From NCBI GenBank assembly GCA_964106645.2, contig OZ067046.1: a stretch of DNA of 64,000 nt; one strand, written 5' to 3'. Source of the stretch: Podarcis pityusensis (taxonomy: Eukaryota). The notes under the pieces were generated by a model. It worked only from the letters and a program-made list of their open reading frames with translations. It ran no database searches and had not been told where the DNA came from. Both the position numbers and the translations under genes were made by a program. The stretch's first letter is position 1. The number at the start of each line of letters is the position of its first letter. This document shows positions 28,077 through 41,446 of this stretch, piece by piece.

Positions 28077-31000
28077 GTTTTAACCTCATATTATTATGAA
28101 GTTGGAAGGGACCCTAGTGGCCACATCTCCAGCACGCACAATAAGATGGCCATCTAGCCTCTGCTTAAATACCTCAACTTGATATTGCTTTCATTGTGCA
28201 GCAAATCTGCACCTGTGAACTCTCCTTCATTGGGCTTGAGGAGGCTCGTACAGTTACTTCTTGCCTAGGAATGCTCCTTATTCTAAAATTTGACAACCTC
28301 AGATGAATACATCTTGAAGAAGCAGCTTCGCTTTGATACAGATCCCTTAAATAACTTCCTTTGAAGTGGGAAGCTCGACATGTATTATTTCCTATTAGGC
28401 TATAATTACAACCAAGTTAAAAGGAAACCTCTTTCAAAGGTGAATCATACAATTATTATTATTATTATTTTAAAAAGGTGTCATCTTTCCCCAAAGTTGT
28501 CAGTAACTAGGATGTCTGGCTCCTCTGGGAATTTAAATTAGCCAAGTGAATGACAGCAGGTGGAAGATTTGTTCTTTTCCCAAAACAGACATTATTTTTC
28601 GAAGAGGTCTGTCACTCACTGGGGGCCAACACACAAACACTTCAAGGGCTACAGCCTTTTATTTCATTTGCTAACAATAAATGGCTTCCATCTACTGCCT
28701 GAGAAAAACACTTAGCCAGTGTAAAGAGATAATGTCACCTGTTTTGTATTGCTAGGTAACTAGCTTTTGGCCTCCTTTATTTACTGTAAAAATTCAGATT
28801 GTAAGCTTTAATCAGCTTACTTAGGAGATTAATCAATTAAGAGCACAATGCCTATTTATTCAGAAGTTAATTTTCACCATACTCAATGGATTGCAATCCT
28901 CAGCATGTTTACTTGGGAGTAAGTCTCATCAAGCTAAATACAATTTATTTCTGAGTAAACCTCCTCTAGAGCATCGCTATAGCCAGCCCATCTGACGGGG
29001 CCAGCTGTATGAGTTATGATCACACTTGTTCATTTTTAAGCCGTTTGGTTTGTCTTGTTTTTCTGAAACAGAAAATATAGAAGATAATGTGGGTGGATTA
29101 TTGCTTTGTTTGTTACTATGTTATATATTTTCGTATTTTTATATTGTAAACCACCCTGTGGCCAGTATAGAAATTAAATTAGATAAATACATAAATAATA
29201 AAAATAGAAATAAAAGAATAGCCTTGACTTGAAACGATGAAACAGTTAAAAGGTGTTACAGTTAACATGTCTACTCAGAACTCAATCCCACTGAGTGCAG
29301 TGGCGTTTTCTATATGTCAGTATAGAAACGCACCCTAAAATCGGTCAACTTCTTATTGTTATTCTGTTGGCAGTTTTTGCTTAACATCGGTTCAGCTTAT
29401 CACACTTTTTATACATTTGCCATATGATCCTTTTAAATAATTTTTGACAGTCCTATTCAAATTTTTATATATTTATAAATAAATAAATGCAGGTGCCTTC
29501 TAAAAACACAAATTATTCTTCCCCTACATTGACACCCTACCTATAATGAGCCTGTGCCAGCACTTTTAAATTACATGGATAAAGCACTTTTAAATTACAT
29601 GGATTTCAGTGGAAGAGATGAAATCATCCATGAATATCTCCCCCACTGTACTCAGACTGAACTCAAAAGTGCTTAGCATTAGCTGGATCATGCCCAACAT
29701 GCTTTATTATCTTTTTTGTGGGCCAAGCCAGCTGTTCTTATTAATCTTCATCCTCTTTCATATATGCTACCTGCTAGCACAATTACAGCTGCTGTTGCCT
29801 GCCCTGGAGAAAGAGGAAACCACCTTACGCATTTCAGAAGGCACAGAAGGCACAGGAGGTCAATGCCTTGGTCACTCGGTCAAGGGCAAAAGGGAATTGC
29901 AATTATACTCCACAGAGAGTAATAGCAAGAGACTGCTGAAGGGCAATGTGTAATCAGCAGAACGGCCAAAGGGATAAACTTATATAAACTCTCAGCAATT
30001 TGATTTTGCCCAGTGCTACATGCCACAATGAATCCTCCATAGTTCTTTTGCTTATCAAAAAGCACGCTGTGCATTTTGAAGCATCAAACTATATTTTGTC
30101 AGTTCCTATTGAATGACAGACAGATGGTAGGAGTGGTGGGAATGAAGCTTAAGTCAGGGGAGCTTGAAGGGCGAGGTCCAGTTTAAACAGCTTCATTCAA
30201 GTTGCACCCTGGCCTTTTGTGCGTGGACTCAATTTACCTCATATTAAGGGTTCACGCTCCCCACCCTCACCTCTGTCAGCCTGCTAGCTAGTCCTGCCTC
30301 CTTTCCTTCCTGTAAACTTACCAGAGAGCAACAAGGTCACTGAATGCCTGCCTCCATCACAACACTTGAAACCACAAGAAGCTCTGGTAAATGCAGTTCT
30401 CTGACATCCCTGAGCTCATACTATGGAGTTGGCAGCCGTCAAGATCTCAGTTTCCAAATGCTGCTTACTCCCGGGGTTCTGCTTGAGCAAAGTTTTAAAT
30501 GCTTGGAAGAGGGAGGCAGAGGCTGTCACCCCATCAAAATGACAGGTAATTTATAAAAGAAGAAGGGAGTAGTGGTGTGGGCAAGGGCAGTCGTCATGGT
30601 AGGACAGTGCCACAGAGCCACTCTCTTGACAGTGGTGTGGCTACTTACCTGTATGGTGTGTGGCTGGGGACGCACAAGCACAATAGCAGAGCCAATTGGG
30701 CACTCCTGCCAATATGACCTCACAGTCCAATCTTGTTTCTGACTCAACCCACACCATCCGAGGAAGCTACAACATGCAGTTCTTAGGAGATTGGCTCCAT
30801 GGCTCTACCCTACTACAGGTGCTACTCATAAGAGCAGGCTCTGGATTTTTATCTGGATAGGCAAACTGAGGCCAGTCACTTCATCCATTCTTTTCTTTTT
30901 TGCAAGCACACAAGGTTTTATTTTAAGGAATCACAACAATCACAAAAACGAGTGGAAACGGAGGGCAAGCTAGGTTCACATACCACTAATATTTGGGGCC

Positions 31001-33849
31001 AGGTTTCTGAAATTAACCCATCTCTAAGTAAATCTGGCAACTCTGGACCTCATGCATTTTAACTTGATGGATGTACAGTATCTAAATGCAGGGTTTTATT
31101 TTCTTCTGATTGGGATCTCTAAGAAAACATTCAACATAGTACTGCTTTGTTTGACAGGGACACGGTGTCTCATTCATCAATGAGATTCTTGTGTCGATCT
31201 TGTGTCCCAAAATCAAATTTCACACAAACTTTGAAGGGAGTGGGATAAAAATATTTTAAGCTTTGATATATATATTTCCCAGGGTTATACCTGCCATTTC
31301 TGATGTCACAGGACTGCTGCACAATGTATGCACATGTCTAGTTTGCTGCCTCTTCTCCATAATGTCTACTGAAACATGTGACATGATGTCATTACACTCA
31401 CGAGTTTCTTCACCATTGTCAATGACACCCAGTGATGTAGATTGGTGTGTTCACAGCATAACATCACAGCACTCATGGAGTTTCATTAGACATCATGGGG
31501 GAACTGAACAGAATTATACATGAGGACTGCATCTGTTATATCTTATTCCACTCTTGTTTCATAATTCTGTACATGTCTATGCATGAGTCCAATGGAACTT
31601 ACTCCCAAGCATATGATTACAGCCTTAGCATCTTCTGGAGGCAAGCATAATGCCAAATTCAGCACCTCATCTAGAAAACAATCTGGATATAAGCCAGGAT
31701 ACAGAGTGGCAATAAGGAATGCTAGCGCTCAGAGGCACCAGTGTCTCAGGATGATTGAGGGGGTCCGATACGACGTCCTGGCGTTGCACGACATCCTGGC
31801 ATTACAAGTAGCCAGTGGGCAGAGCAGAATGTCTTCTGAACATTGAGGGAGCTCAGGCCCCTAGAAAAAATAATTGGGAGTCAAAAGTGCTTCGGCCCCA
31901 AGGAGCCAGCACCTATGCTATTGCTGAAATTTAATCTCCTGTTATCAATGCATGGAGAATGAACATTCATGGAGATACCTTGGATTTCTCCTTAAATTCT
32001 CATTGCTGATTAGGATAAATGGACAAAATTAAAGTGAAATAATGTTAACCAGCAATAATCATTTGAGAGCCTTCTTCATGTACCACTTCCATGGGATGTC
32101 TGGCAGCATGAAATGGGCCCTTTCAGTGATTGTGCACCACTTACGGAATGTTTTCCCCAGGGAGGCACACATGAAGGTGATGCATGGCCCTAATGAAAGT
32201 ACAGTATATTGCCCAGCTGTGCATTTTAAAGGATCTCAGGGTTAATGTTTTCTCTCCTACACACTGTAATAAAAAAATAATAATCCCAGGTTTTTGTTTG
32301 ACCTTCCTTTACGATGTATAAGATCCGTTCCTCTTTCACAACACACAGTGAAAGAACGTTCATATTGATCTAGACTCTTTCCCAGTTCAGTTAGACAGAT
32401 CCTAGTGCCCTTCTTGGCTGGCATGCAAGGAATTCTCCTTACGATAGTTGTTGGGTATCTATGCTGATGTTGTCTAATGGGGCCAAATGCAAAGTATCAC
32501 ATTTAACCAGCTGAGGCAAAAAACAGCGGGTCCTCGTGCCAAAATGCAAACTGTTTTTCAAATAGCTTTCAGCTTTGAAACAACACTATATGTGCACTCA
32601 GGCTGCTTAACAAAAACAAGTGTAAAACAAGTCCCCCTAGAAGCTCGTTTCACAAGTTTCTAGATTCTGCCAAACTGAGAAAGATTTAACCCCTGCAGCA
32701 CATCAGCTGATAAGATGGGGTGTTAAATCCTGCTCCTTTGGCATCACCTAATGGGCAGTTGGATATGGCTTGTGGAAAACGGCCTCAGAGGCCAAATTCG
32801 ATCCCCTGGCCAGTGGATCCCCTGCCCAGGGGTTCTCCACACCTGAAACAGATAAATGAATGAAATGTCCACAGAGTTTAAGACAGCCTACCCAATATTC
32901 TGTTGATAGGGACAAAAAAATTGAATGTATTCTTAGCAATCAGATGCTATTGTACAGTGACATGGGTGTCTTGGAGGCAATCTAAATGGTAGCTTCAGTT
33001 TTCAGAACAGGGGTAAGCCCAGGGCTCGTGGTTTTGAAAGAACAAAGCTATCAAAAGGACTGCAAGCACTGTACACTTCAGGAAGTGATTTAACACAACC
33101 ACAGCAAATTGAAGTACTGTTTGAAGGATATTACTCATACCACTCATGAGCTAGTTAAATCTGCAGTAACTCTACTGGTAATGAATTGTCTGATAGAAAT
33201 CAATCTATACAAATCTCTAAGCTCTGGGGCATCGGATTCTTGCCTGACAGCAAAGAAGCCATTTTCTTGATTACACTAACCATTGTTCTGAAAGAAACCT
33301 GCTCTCATATGAGCCGTTTTTGTAGAGTTCAGGAGAAATAAATGCAAATGCTAATTGAGTGGCAATAAAATAACTTGGAACCACAGATTGCTGTAAGAGA
33401 ATTAGCATAGTCAAGGATAATCTCTTTCAAGCATCTCTCATGGAGATGGACATCTCTGCGTCTGGCAAAGGCTCACACTTGCGGGGAAGAAAAGTTAAGG
33501 GATAGAAATCTGCAAAGCAAAGATAAGAATAACCCTGGAAACACTTAAATTAGGAGTATTTAGGAGCTAATTTTGAAGAGGGGAAAAACCCTGACTTTAT
33601 ATTCCTCCTCATCTCTCTTATCACATAGATTGGAAATTTTAGTCTGTTATTTCCTTTAAAAATACTAGCCGAGCTATGCAAAAGCTTCCTGACACCAGCC
33701 TTTCTGAATACTGCATGATTTAAATAAACCACAGCCGTACTAATCCAAATCAAGAAATGTTAAGAAGCACATTTGCAACTAAGATAGCAGAATTGCAAAT
33801 AGTTTAAGCATTACAGAAAATGCACTAATAGTGTGGAATCAACAGCATT

Positions 33850-34314
33850 TCATAGAATCATAAAATTGAAGACTTGGACACCAAGGGTCATCTAGTACAA
33901 CCCTCTGCAATTCAGGAATCTCAACTAAAGCATCCATGACAAATGGCCATTAAACCTCTGCTTAAAAACTTCCAAGGAAGGAGAACATACAACCTCCTAA
34001 GGGAGTCCATTCCACTGTTGAATAGCTCTTACCATCAGAAAATAATTCCTGATATTTAGTTGGAATCATCTTTCTTTCAACTTGAAACCATTGGTTCAGG
34101 TCCTACCCTCTGGAGCAGGAGAAAACAAGTTTCCTTCATCTTCCATGTGACAGCCCTTTAGATATTTGAGGATGGCTATTATATTTCCTCTCAGCCTTCT
34201 CTTTTCCAGGCTAAACATACCCAACTCCTTCAACCATTCCTCATAAGGCTTGGTTTCTAGACCCTTGATCATCTTGGTTGCTCTCCTCTGCACATGTACC
34301 AACTTTTCAATATC
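33850..34314 (-). mobile_element. CR1 LINE 3' fragment
   Basis: [36 protein letters not shown], with the (ATTCTATG) tail at the left end. Confidence 0.9.
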
Positions 34315-35542
34315 GTCTAATGGTCCCGCAGGTCATTTTTCACTAGAGCCTTGATTATAAGAATGAGACACGGCTACATGTAAGATCACTGGGACTGATT
34401 TCACATAAGTAAATGAAAATTACATTGGAATAAATAACTGATTTATTCCAGTTTCCTAATGGAATAACAAGGTTTCTTCAAATGCAATGTTTAATTGAGA
34501 CAATCAATAGAGGGGGAAAGCCAGTTCAAAGCTATAAGAGAAAATTTTCATCTAAAATGGATGTAGACCTTTAAAACACCATTCAGCAAACTGCAGAGCA
34601 TCAGTAGAAAATAACACCATACTGACATAATCGGGTTTTACAATGTTGCAGTAAAATATTTTCACATGTCATAAACTTGAGTAATTAATTTATTTGGTGG
34701 TAGGATCCTTTCCCCCTACCATTAAAAAAATCATTCAGTAAGCACCTGGGTACAGTATGAAACATCTATAAATAGAAATGTGGGCTAGCATTGCTGACCA
34801 AGCATCCTTGACTTACAATAGTAGGGGAAACGCAATGTCCTATTAAACCAAATGTAGCATTATGTAATTGAAATTGGATCAGGTATGAAAGGTTGTAATG
34901 TAATAAAAACTGGCCAACACCATATCGCTTCCATGAAATTTAAAGATGCAGCAACCATGGGACCTTTAAGGAATAAGGCATCGCAGTATGTCAGCAGTTA
35001 TGATGGGGCAGAATGTGAACAGACCCTTGGAGGCAGGTGCTAAGCAATGAGGACAGCATAGTTTATACCAAAATATGTCTTAATAGCAGGTGAACAGCTG
35101 AGAAAGCAGGGAGTTCCATGGATTCTGTGCCAGTTACCAGATTCGGGAGAAGGTTCTACTGTAGATTCCTGCATTGAGCTGGATGAGGTAACCTCAAAGT
35201 TTTCTTCCAGCTAGCTCTAAAATTCTAAGATTCCAGATCCATTTCAGAGGGCAACCAGGCATGTCACTCTAATGAATGTCCATTGTAAATGCTTGGTACA
35301 GATTTTCATCTCTGACCAAGTGGAATTCCAAGAAAAATATGAAGGGCTTGGCAGCTCTCCTGAGTAACACACAACCAGCTAGTGCAGTTCTGGCTTCTGT
35401 TGCATATGAACCTTGTCATCTGTTCATCAGGGTGCATCCCGGGACCACACAATTGGGTTATATAGGCAAAACACACCCACAAATTTGATTACTGTGATTT
35501 AAACGAGAGTACATGAAATAAAGTTGGAATAAATCAAATCAC

Positions 35543-35797
35543 AGAGCCTAGGGCTTGTTGATCAGAAGGTCGGCGATTTGAATCCCTGCGACAGGGTGAG
35601 CTGCTGTTGTTTGGTCCCAGCTCCTGCCCACCTAGCAGTTCAAAAGCACGTCAAAGTGCAAGTAGATAAATAGGTACCGCTCTGGCGGGAAGGCAAACAG
35701 TGTTTCCATGCACTGCTCTGGTTCATCAGAAGCAGCTTAGTCATGCTGGCCACATGACCCGGAAGCTGTCTGTGGACAAACGCCGGCTCCCTCAGCC
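35543..35797 (+). mobile_element. Sauria SINE, truncated at both ends, flanked by a 22-bp direct repeat
   Basis: Sauria core (gagcctagggc...aaagtgcaagtagataaataggtaccgct...gctggccacatgacccggaagc). AAGTTGGAATAAATCAAATCAC occurs at 35521-42 and 35798-819. Confidence 0.88.
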
Positions 35798-38700
35798 AAG
35801 TTGGAATAAATCAAATCACTGACATCAATTTCCTGAAAATGCAGAATTTATCCCTGAACATTTAAAATCTCAAGTTTAATCTTAAAAAAGCACCAAATAA
35901 ACTTGGAGCCCAACATTCTATTACCCTCCAGGATCACACCAAGAATAGGATGCAGGAAAGGAAGGGAAGGACAATGCAGCTCAGAGTGACTTAGTTCACA
36001 ATGAATCCTATTTAGTTCTACGGAACTAAATCAATAAATTTAGCCCAGAAAGACTAAAACTTGAGCTTTTCTTCAGTCACTATAGTAAGAGGCAGAAGTA
36101 GCCCCACCCAGATATTCCACCCCCAAGTGCATCTCTTTGTCCATAGATGTGAATGGCTGCTGTTGAAACATTGCTTTATTGAAGACAACATTACAGTGCT
36201 GTTCTGGCCACCACAGCAAATGATACAGCAAATGAAAAGCTGATCCAGAACTGGGGTTCCTACCTCCCCCATCAACTCTGATGGCATATCTGCCAATCAT
36301 CGAGCATTGAGTGAGACATTTCAGATTGACAAAAGCCACTCTGGCTTCTGATGTCAATCCTGGATGTCCCACTTCATCTGCTGCTGCTCCCACTGCCACT
36401 GTGAGGCCTCCACTGAGGCCCACTGTGGTCTCTGATGTACTTCAGGAAGCTGGGCTGCACTTCTGGAAATGCACTTCTGGAAGTGTGGGACCGCCTTCTG
36501 GAAGTATGGCAGAAGCCATGGTGGGCCTGGCAGAGGAGATCTTGGCTTCATGGCAGCAGCAGCAATAAGCCAGTGAAGGTTAGGCAGAGGACAAGGGGAG
36601 TCACAGCAGGCTGAGGAGGCCTGGGTAGACAGGGCATGGTGGGGGTGTCCCGGCTTTGGTATATGATGGGTATGGCAAATCTTTAATGGATTTAAACCAA
36701 CACATCTTTATAAGTAATATAAGCAATCAGCATTATTTCATGCAGCACAGAATTTATTTTTTAATTACATCTGACTTGCAAGGTTAGTGTGTAAGTGCAG
36801 AATTTACCCAGTAATTAAATATGTTTCCATGGTCCCAGTTTTAAACTAAATCAAAGGTGTGCAATTGATGGTGCCTTTAAATAGGGGTTGGGAAACACCC
36901 ACAACTTTTCTTCCTGGAAGATAAGTCACTTGTATCTAATTAACTGTCTTTTAATACCACACAAAATGTCAAAGAGGTATTAGAGACAGCTGAAAAAATG
37001 AGGCTAAAAATGCACAGTGTCTAGCTATTCACCGAGTACATTTGAGCATTGGAAGCAAATGGTGTTTGCCCATGCGGGTCATGATTTGGTGCCAGATACT
37101 GCCCTGATCACAGACAACAATAATAAAGCACCCCTGACGCTCCTCATGTGCATCAAAGCTATTGGCTCATGACCAGTGATGATAATACTGTTCTTGCCAG
37201 TATATGGTCTCTTGTCTCAATTATGACTGGCTTTCAGTCTTGCATGAAGACCCTGTTTATCCAGTACTCAAACCCTTGGGGAGTTAATCACAGCAAGCAA
37301 ATTGCTATTCAAAACCAGGATCTCATCTTCAGTATGTGGCCAGATCACTGCAGCATCCCCATCCTCGATTACTCAAATACTCACCATCACATGTGAGCTT
37401 GCCAAACCAACAGGTCGCATAGGAAAAGGGTTTTGAAGGCTAAAAGGTGGCAATAGGCTGGAGAAAGGCAATATGTTGCATAGAGAAAAGATCTGGAGGC
37501 TCACAATCTGGGGGCAATGCCCAGTGAATTTTAGTAGCTAAAGGGGTGGCTGAATAAGGGCTAAGCTAGACCTGATGTTGCTCACATGCTTAATGCCGAT
37601 TAAATAAAAAATAAATAGCCAGTGTGGGATGGCAAGCTGGATTGGGATCATAGCTGGGAAGGAGATATTTTATCCCTTAACCCTTCCATGGTCCTGATAT
37701 GAATTGGGGCCCTCCACATCTGCTATTTACAGTAGAAGAAATGCTTCTATTGGCATATTGCCAATGCTGTTATGCAGAAGTACTGGCATAACTGTCTTTT
37801 TATTTATCATCATAGGCCCCTTTGGGAGCCTTTTGGGCTGGAGAATGGAATGAAAAATAAATAAATAAATAAATAAATACCCGTTTGGTTCCACTGATTT
37901 TTTTCCCCAGCTGCCCAGCTGGAAAAGCAGCACAAAAGGAAACAGAGATTGCTTAAATAAATGGTGCTGTAATATGCTTTAGGTAAGCAGCCTTGAGCTT
38001 TGGAAAGGTGGGATTCAAGGGTTTTAAATAAATCCCTTTTCTAAATAAATCAGTCTGCATACATCAGTCAATAATTCCCCTCCATGGCTTCATATATATT
38101 TTTATTGAAAAAGTAAAGAAAGGTTCAGTATTTACTGCTGCCAATAAACATTTACTTTTGAGCCATTTTTCAAAGAAGCCATTCATATTTTGTCTGAAAA
38201 TATCTAAACTACTGAACCTTAACAATACAGTCTGCTGCCTTGTATTCTAGAATAGCAATGATTTCCTTTCTCCTTGACCTTACCCAGCTATTGGGTTGGA
38301 GCCAGACCTGTACTCTTAAGCCTATATATGTTTTCTCTGTCCAGCTGTGTTCAATGGAGCCTACTCCCAGGAAACTGTGCACAGGATTAGTACCTAATTT
38401 AGCTGTGCTTAACAGTGCAGTCCTATACTTCTAACTCTTCTGAGTTGAACAAGATGAAGTGTGTATTGGTTTGTAGCTATAATCTCACTGAAATCAGCAG
38501 GAGAAGTTGGTCACAACTCACTTTTAAGTGCATTGCTTCCAATCGGAACTTAAAGGATTACTAACCCAACCTGGATTCAACTCACAGACTTTGAATTAAT
38601 ATAAAGGATGCAATCCATGGTGAACTCTCCTGCCCACCTCTCATGATAGCATAGGTGCTTCTGAGCATCTCCCATATTTATGGGATTCCTGCTGGAATGT

Positions 38701-39331
38701 ATCCAATGGCTCTGGAATGAATGAATCAGTGTTCCCTTAGTCAGAATGTCACCGTGCAAAAATCCCTTCAGAGCTGTAAGCTTTGATTTAAAATTGTAAT
38801 CCTCAACCTTTTCTCACACTAACACATTCTGACTTGTAGGATCTCACATATATTACCTCCACACTGAAACTACCATAGAAAAAATAACAATTTACTTTTA
38901 TAACACTGTTATTGCACACTGTAGGGAAATCCTCCACAAGGACAGGAATGATATGCACACTCTGGAAAAAATATGTATCTCCATGCAATAACTAGTATGC
39001 CATTTGGGATTTTATGGAATATCAGGAAAATGCAATGCACATTCAATGGACATTCTGTTCCTGGTAGAATATAAGAAATTGTGGACAATATCCTACTTGT
39101 GATAGAATAGATTCTTTGAATTTAAGTCACCTACGTCCATGGATTTCAGTGGGTGTGCTATGAAACGTTGGATATCACCCTATGCTCCAGAAATTATTAA
39201 TTATAATAAGGGCTGTAATTCAGCTAAAGAAATGTTAACAGCACAATACTTATCAGGTCTACTCAGAAGTGACCTCCATTGAATAAAATGGGACTTATTC
39301 CTTTATAAATGGGGTTAACATTGCAGCCATA

Positions 39332-39669
39332 GGCTGCATTCACACAGCAAATTATTGCACTTTCCTGTTAATTTCTGCATCATATTTGAGCCTTCACAGA
39401 ACGTAAAAGCCACGTCCAGAAATACAGTGGAATACAGTGCAAGTATTGTGCTCATTTCTATTTAATACAAGTTTAAGGCTCATTATTTGCAAGTGGGTTT
39501 TTTTTCTGGAAGCAAATAACAAAGAAATGCATGCTAAACTTCTGCTGTGTTCCAATACAGTTCCACAAGTGGTTTTTATGTCCCGTGAAAGCTCAAATTA
39601 TAATGTGGAAATTATAACAGTCAGGGAAACATCGTGGAAAATAAAATAAGCTGCTATATGAATGCAGCC
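39332..39669. mobile_element. PIF/Harbinger-like MITE
   Basis: TIRs GGCTGCATTCACACAGCA / TGCTATATGAATGCAGCC with a 3-bp ATA flanking repeat. Confidence 0.6.
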
Positions 39670-40136
39670 ATAGTTTGTTAGTCATGATTAAGTTGATTAA
39701 TTCATCAATCAAATCTGCATTACTTTGCCTATAGAAAAAAAAATCTAAAGAGGGGGAGAGATATTTTCTTTCTCATTTATATGATTGCAAGGGGCCAGAA
39801 GTGACACACTGCAAGATGGCAGGTGGGAGAGAGTGATAGCAGCAGCAAAAGCGCGCAGAGAGGAAGACAGGGAGGAAAGAGTGGCTGGCAAGCACACAGC
39901 AGCAAATGAGAGATAAGGAGCAAAGAGGGAGAGTAACCTCTGTCCCAGCAAAGACACGGGAGCCGAATACTAATTGAAAGTGGGAGAAAAGGAAAACTGT
40001 GGAGGGAGAGGAGCAGAGTGAGACAGCTGTGAGGGGAACAGCTGTGAAAGAGCTACAAAAGTGATAGCCTGAGGTTGCAAGCTTCATGGTGAGGCCAAAT
40101 GTAGTAGTGAACCACTACAGGTCTATGCCACACAAG

Positions 40137-40232
40137 GAATCATAGAAATGTAGCGTTGTAGAGTTGAAAGGGACCACGGGCATAATCTAGTCCAACCACC
40201 TGCGATGTAGGAATCTTTTGGCCCAATGTGGA
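40137..40232 (-). mobile_element. 3' part of a CR1-tailed SINE
   Basis: gaatcatagaa...ctagtccaaccacctgcgatgtaggaatctttt. Confidence 0.55.
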
Positions 40233-40497
40233 ATGCACAGGAGGTGGTTTGCGGGTTCACATTTGAGAAGCAAGGATGAAAAGCCTCATTTTATTGAAGT
40301 GAACAATCCTGTTCCAGAAAACCGTGTAGCTATTGGTTTATGCCATGCATCAGTGTGCAAATTCTTCCATCAATCCTTGCCCATTTCATCAGTGGTAAGC
40401 TAAACCCTGACGTTTTAATAAGGAAAAGTTTCTGCTCACATATATATCTTTTTAAAGTGTGGTTTAATGCTTTGGGCAACTCTTAATTGTTTAGGTA

Positions 40498-40841
40498 GGG
40501 ACGCGGGTGGCGCTGTGGTCTAAACCACAGAACCTAGGGCTTGCTGATCAGAAGGTCAGCGGTTCGAATCCCCACAACTGAGTGAGCTCCCATTGCTCGG
40601 TCCCTGCTCCTGCCAACCTAGCAGTTCGGAAGCACATCAAATAAATAGGTACCGCTCTGGCGGAAAGGTAAACGGTGTTTCCGTGTGTTGCTCTGGTTCA
40701 CCAGAAGTGGCTTACTCATGCTGGCCACATGACCTAGAAGCTGTTTGAGGACAAACGCTGGCCTATAGAGCAAGATGAGTGCCACAACCTCAGAGTCATC
40801 CACGACTGGACTTAACAGTCAGGGGTCCCTTTACCTTTACC
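40498..40841 (+). mobile_element. Full-length Sauria SINE
   Basis: GGGACGCGGGTGGCGCTGTGG head, B box GGTTCGAATCC and (ACCTTT)n tail. Confidence 0.92.
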
Positions 40842-40852
40842 TAATTGTTTAG

Positions 40853-41176
40853 TAAAGGTAAAGGGACCCCTGATCATTAGGTCCAGTCGTGGCCGACTCT
40901 GGGGTTGTGGCGCTCATCTCGCTTTATTGGCCGAGGGAGCCGACGTACAGCTTCCGGGTCATGTGGCCAGCATGACTAAGCCACTTCTGGCGAACCAGAG
41001 CAGCACACCGAAGCGGTACCTATTTATCTACTTGCACTTTGACGTGCTTTTGAACTGCTAGGTTGGCAGGAGCAGGGACCGAGCAACGGAAGCTCACCCC
41101 ATCGCAGAGATTTGAACCGCCGACCTTCTGATAGTCCTAGGTTCTGTGGTTTAACCCAAAGTGCCACCCGCGTCCC
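40853..41176 (-). mobile_element. Full-length Sauria SINE, inverted, tail-to-tail with the previous copy
   Basis: Starts taaaggtaaagggacccctga and ends ccacccgcgtccc. TSD ACCTAATTGTTTAG at 40839-52 and 41177-90. Confidence 0.92.
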
Positions 41177-41257
41177 ACCTAATTGTTTAGGCAGTCATAA
41201 AAGACCAACTCAATATAGTCAATACTGCATACAGTAAATACCTCGATCACTTTGCAT

Positions 41258-41446
41258 CAGGGGTGCCAACTTGAATAAAATATTATGGGGACCCAGGTAA
41301 GCCCTGCCCTGCATAATCGATCATATGACGCAGTGCACACACACCACTTGACTGGGAATGGCCATCAACTTTGTGGCGGCCTGGTTCCCTCAAATATTTT
41401 ATTGTGGGGGCCGAAGTCCCCATGGCCCTAAGAGTTTGCTCCTATG
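41258..41446. mobile_element. hAT-type MITE
   Basis: CAGGGGTGCCAAC ... GTTTGCTCCTATG with a perfect 8-bp TSD CTTTGCAT. Confidence 0.8.
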
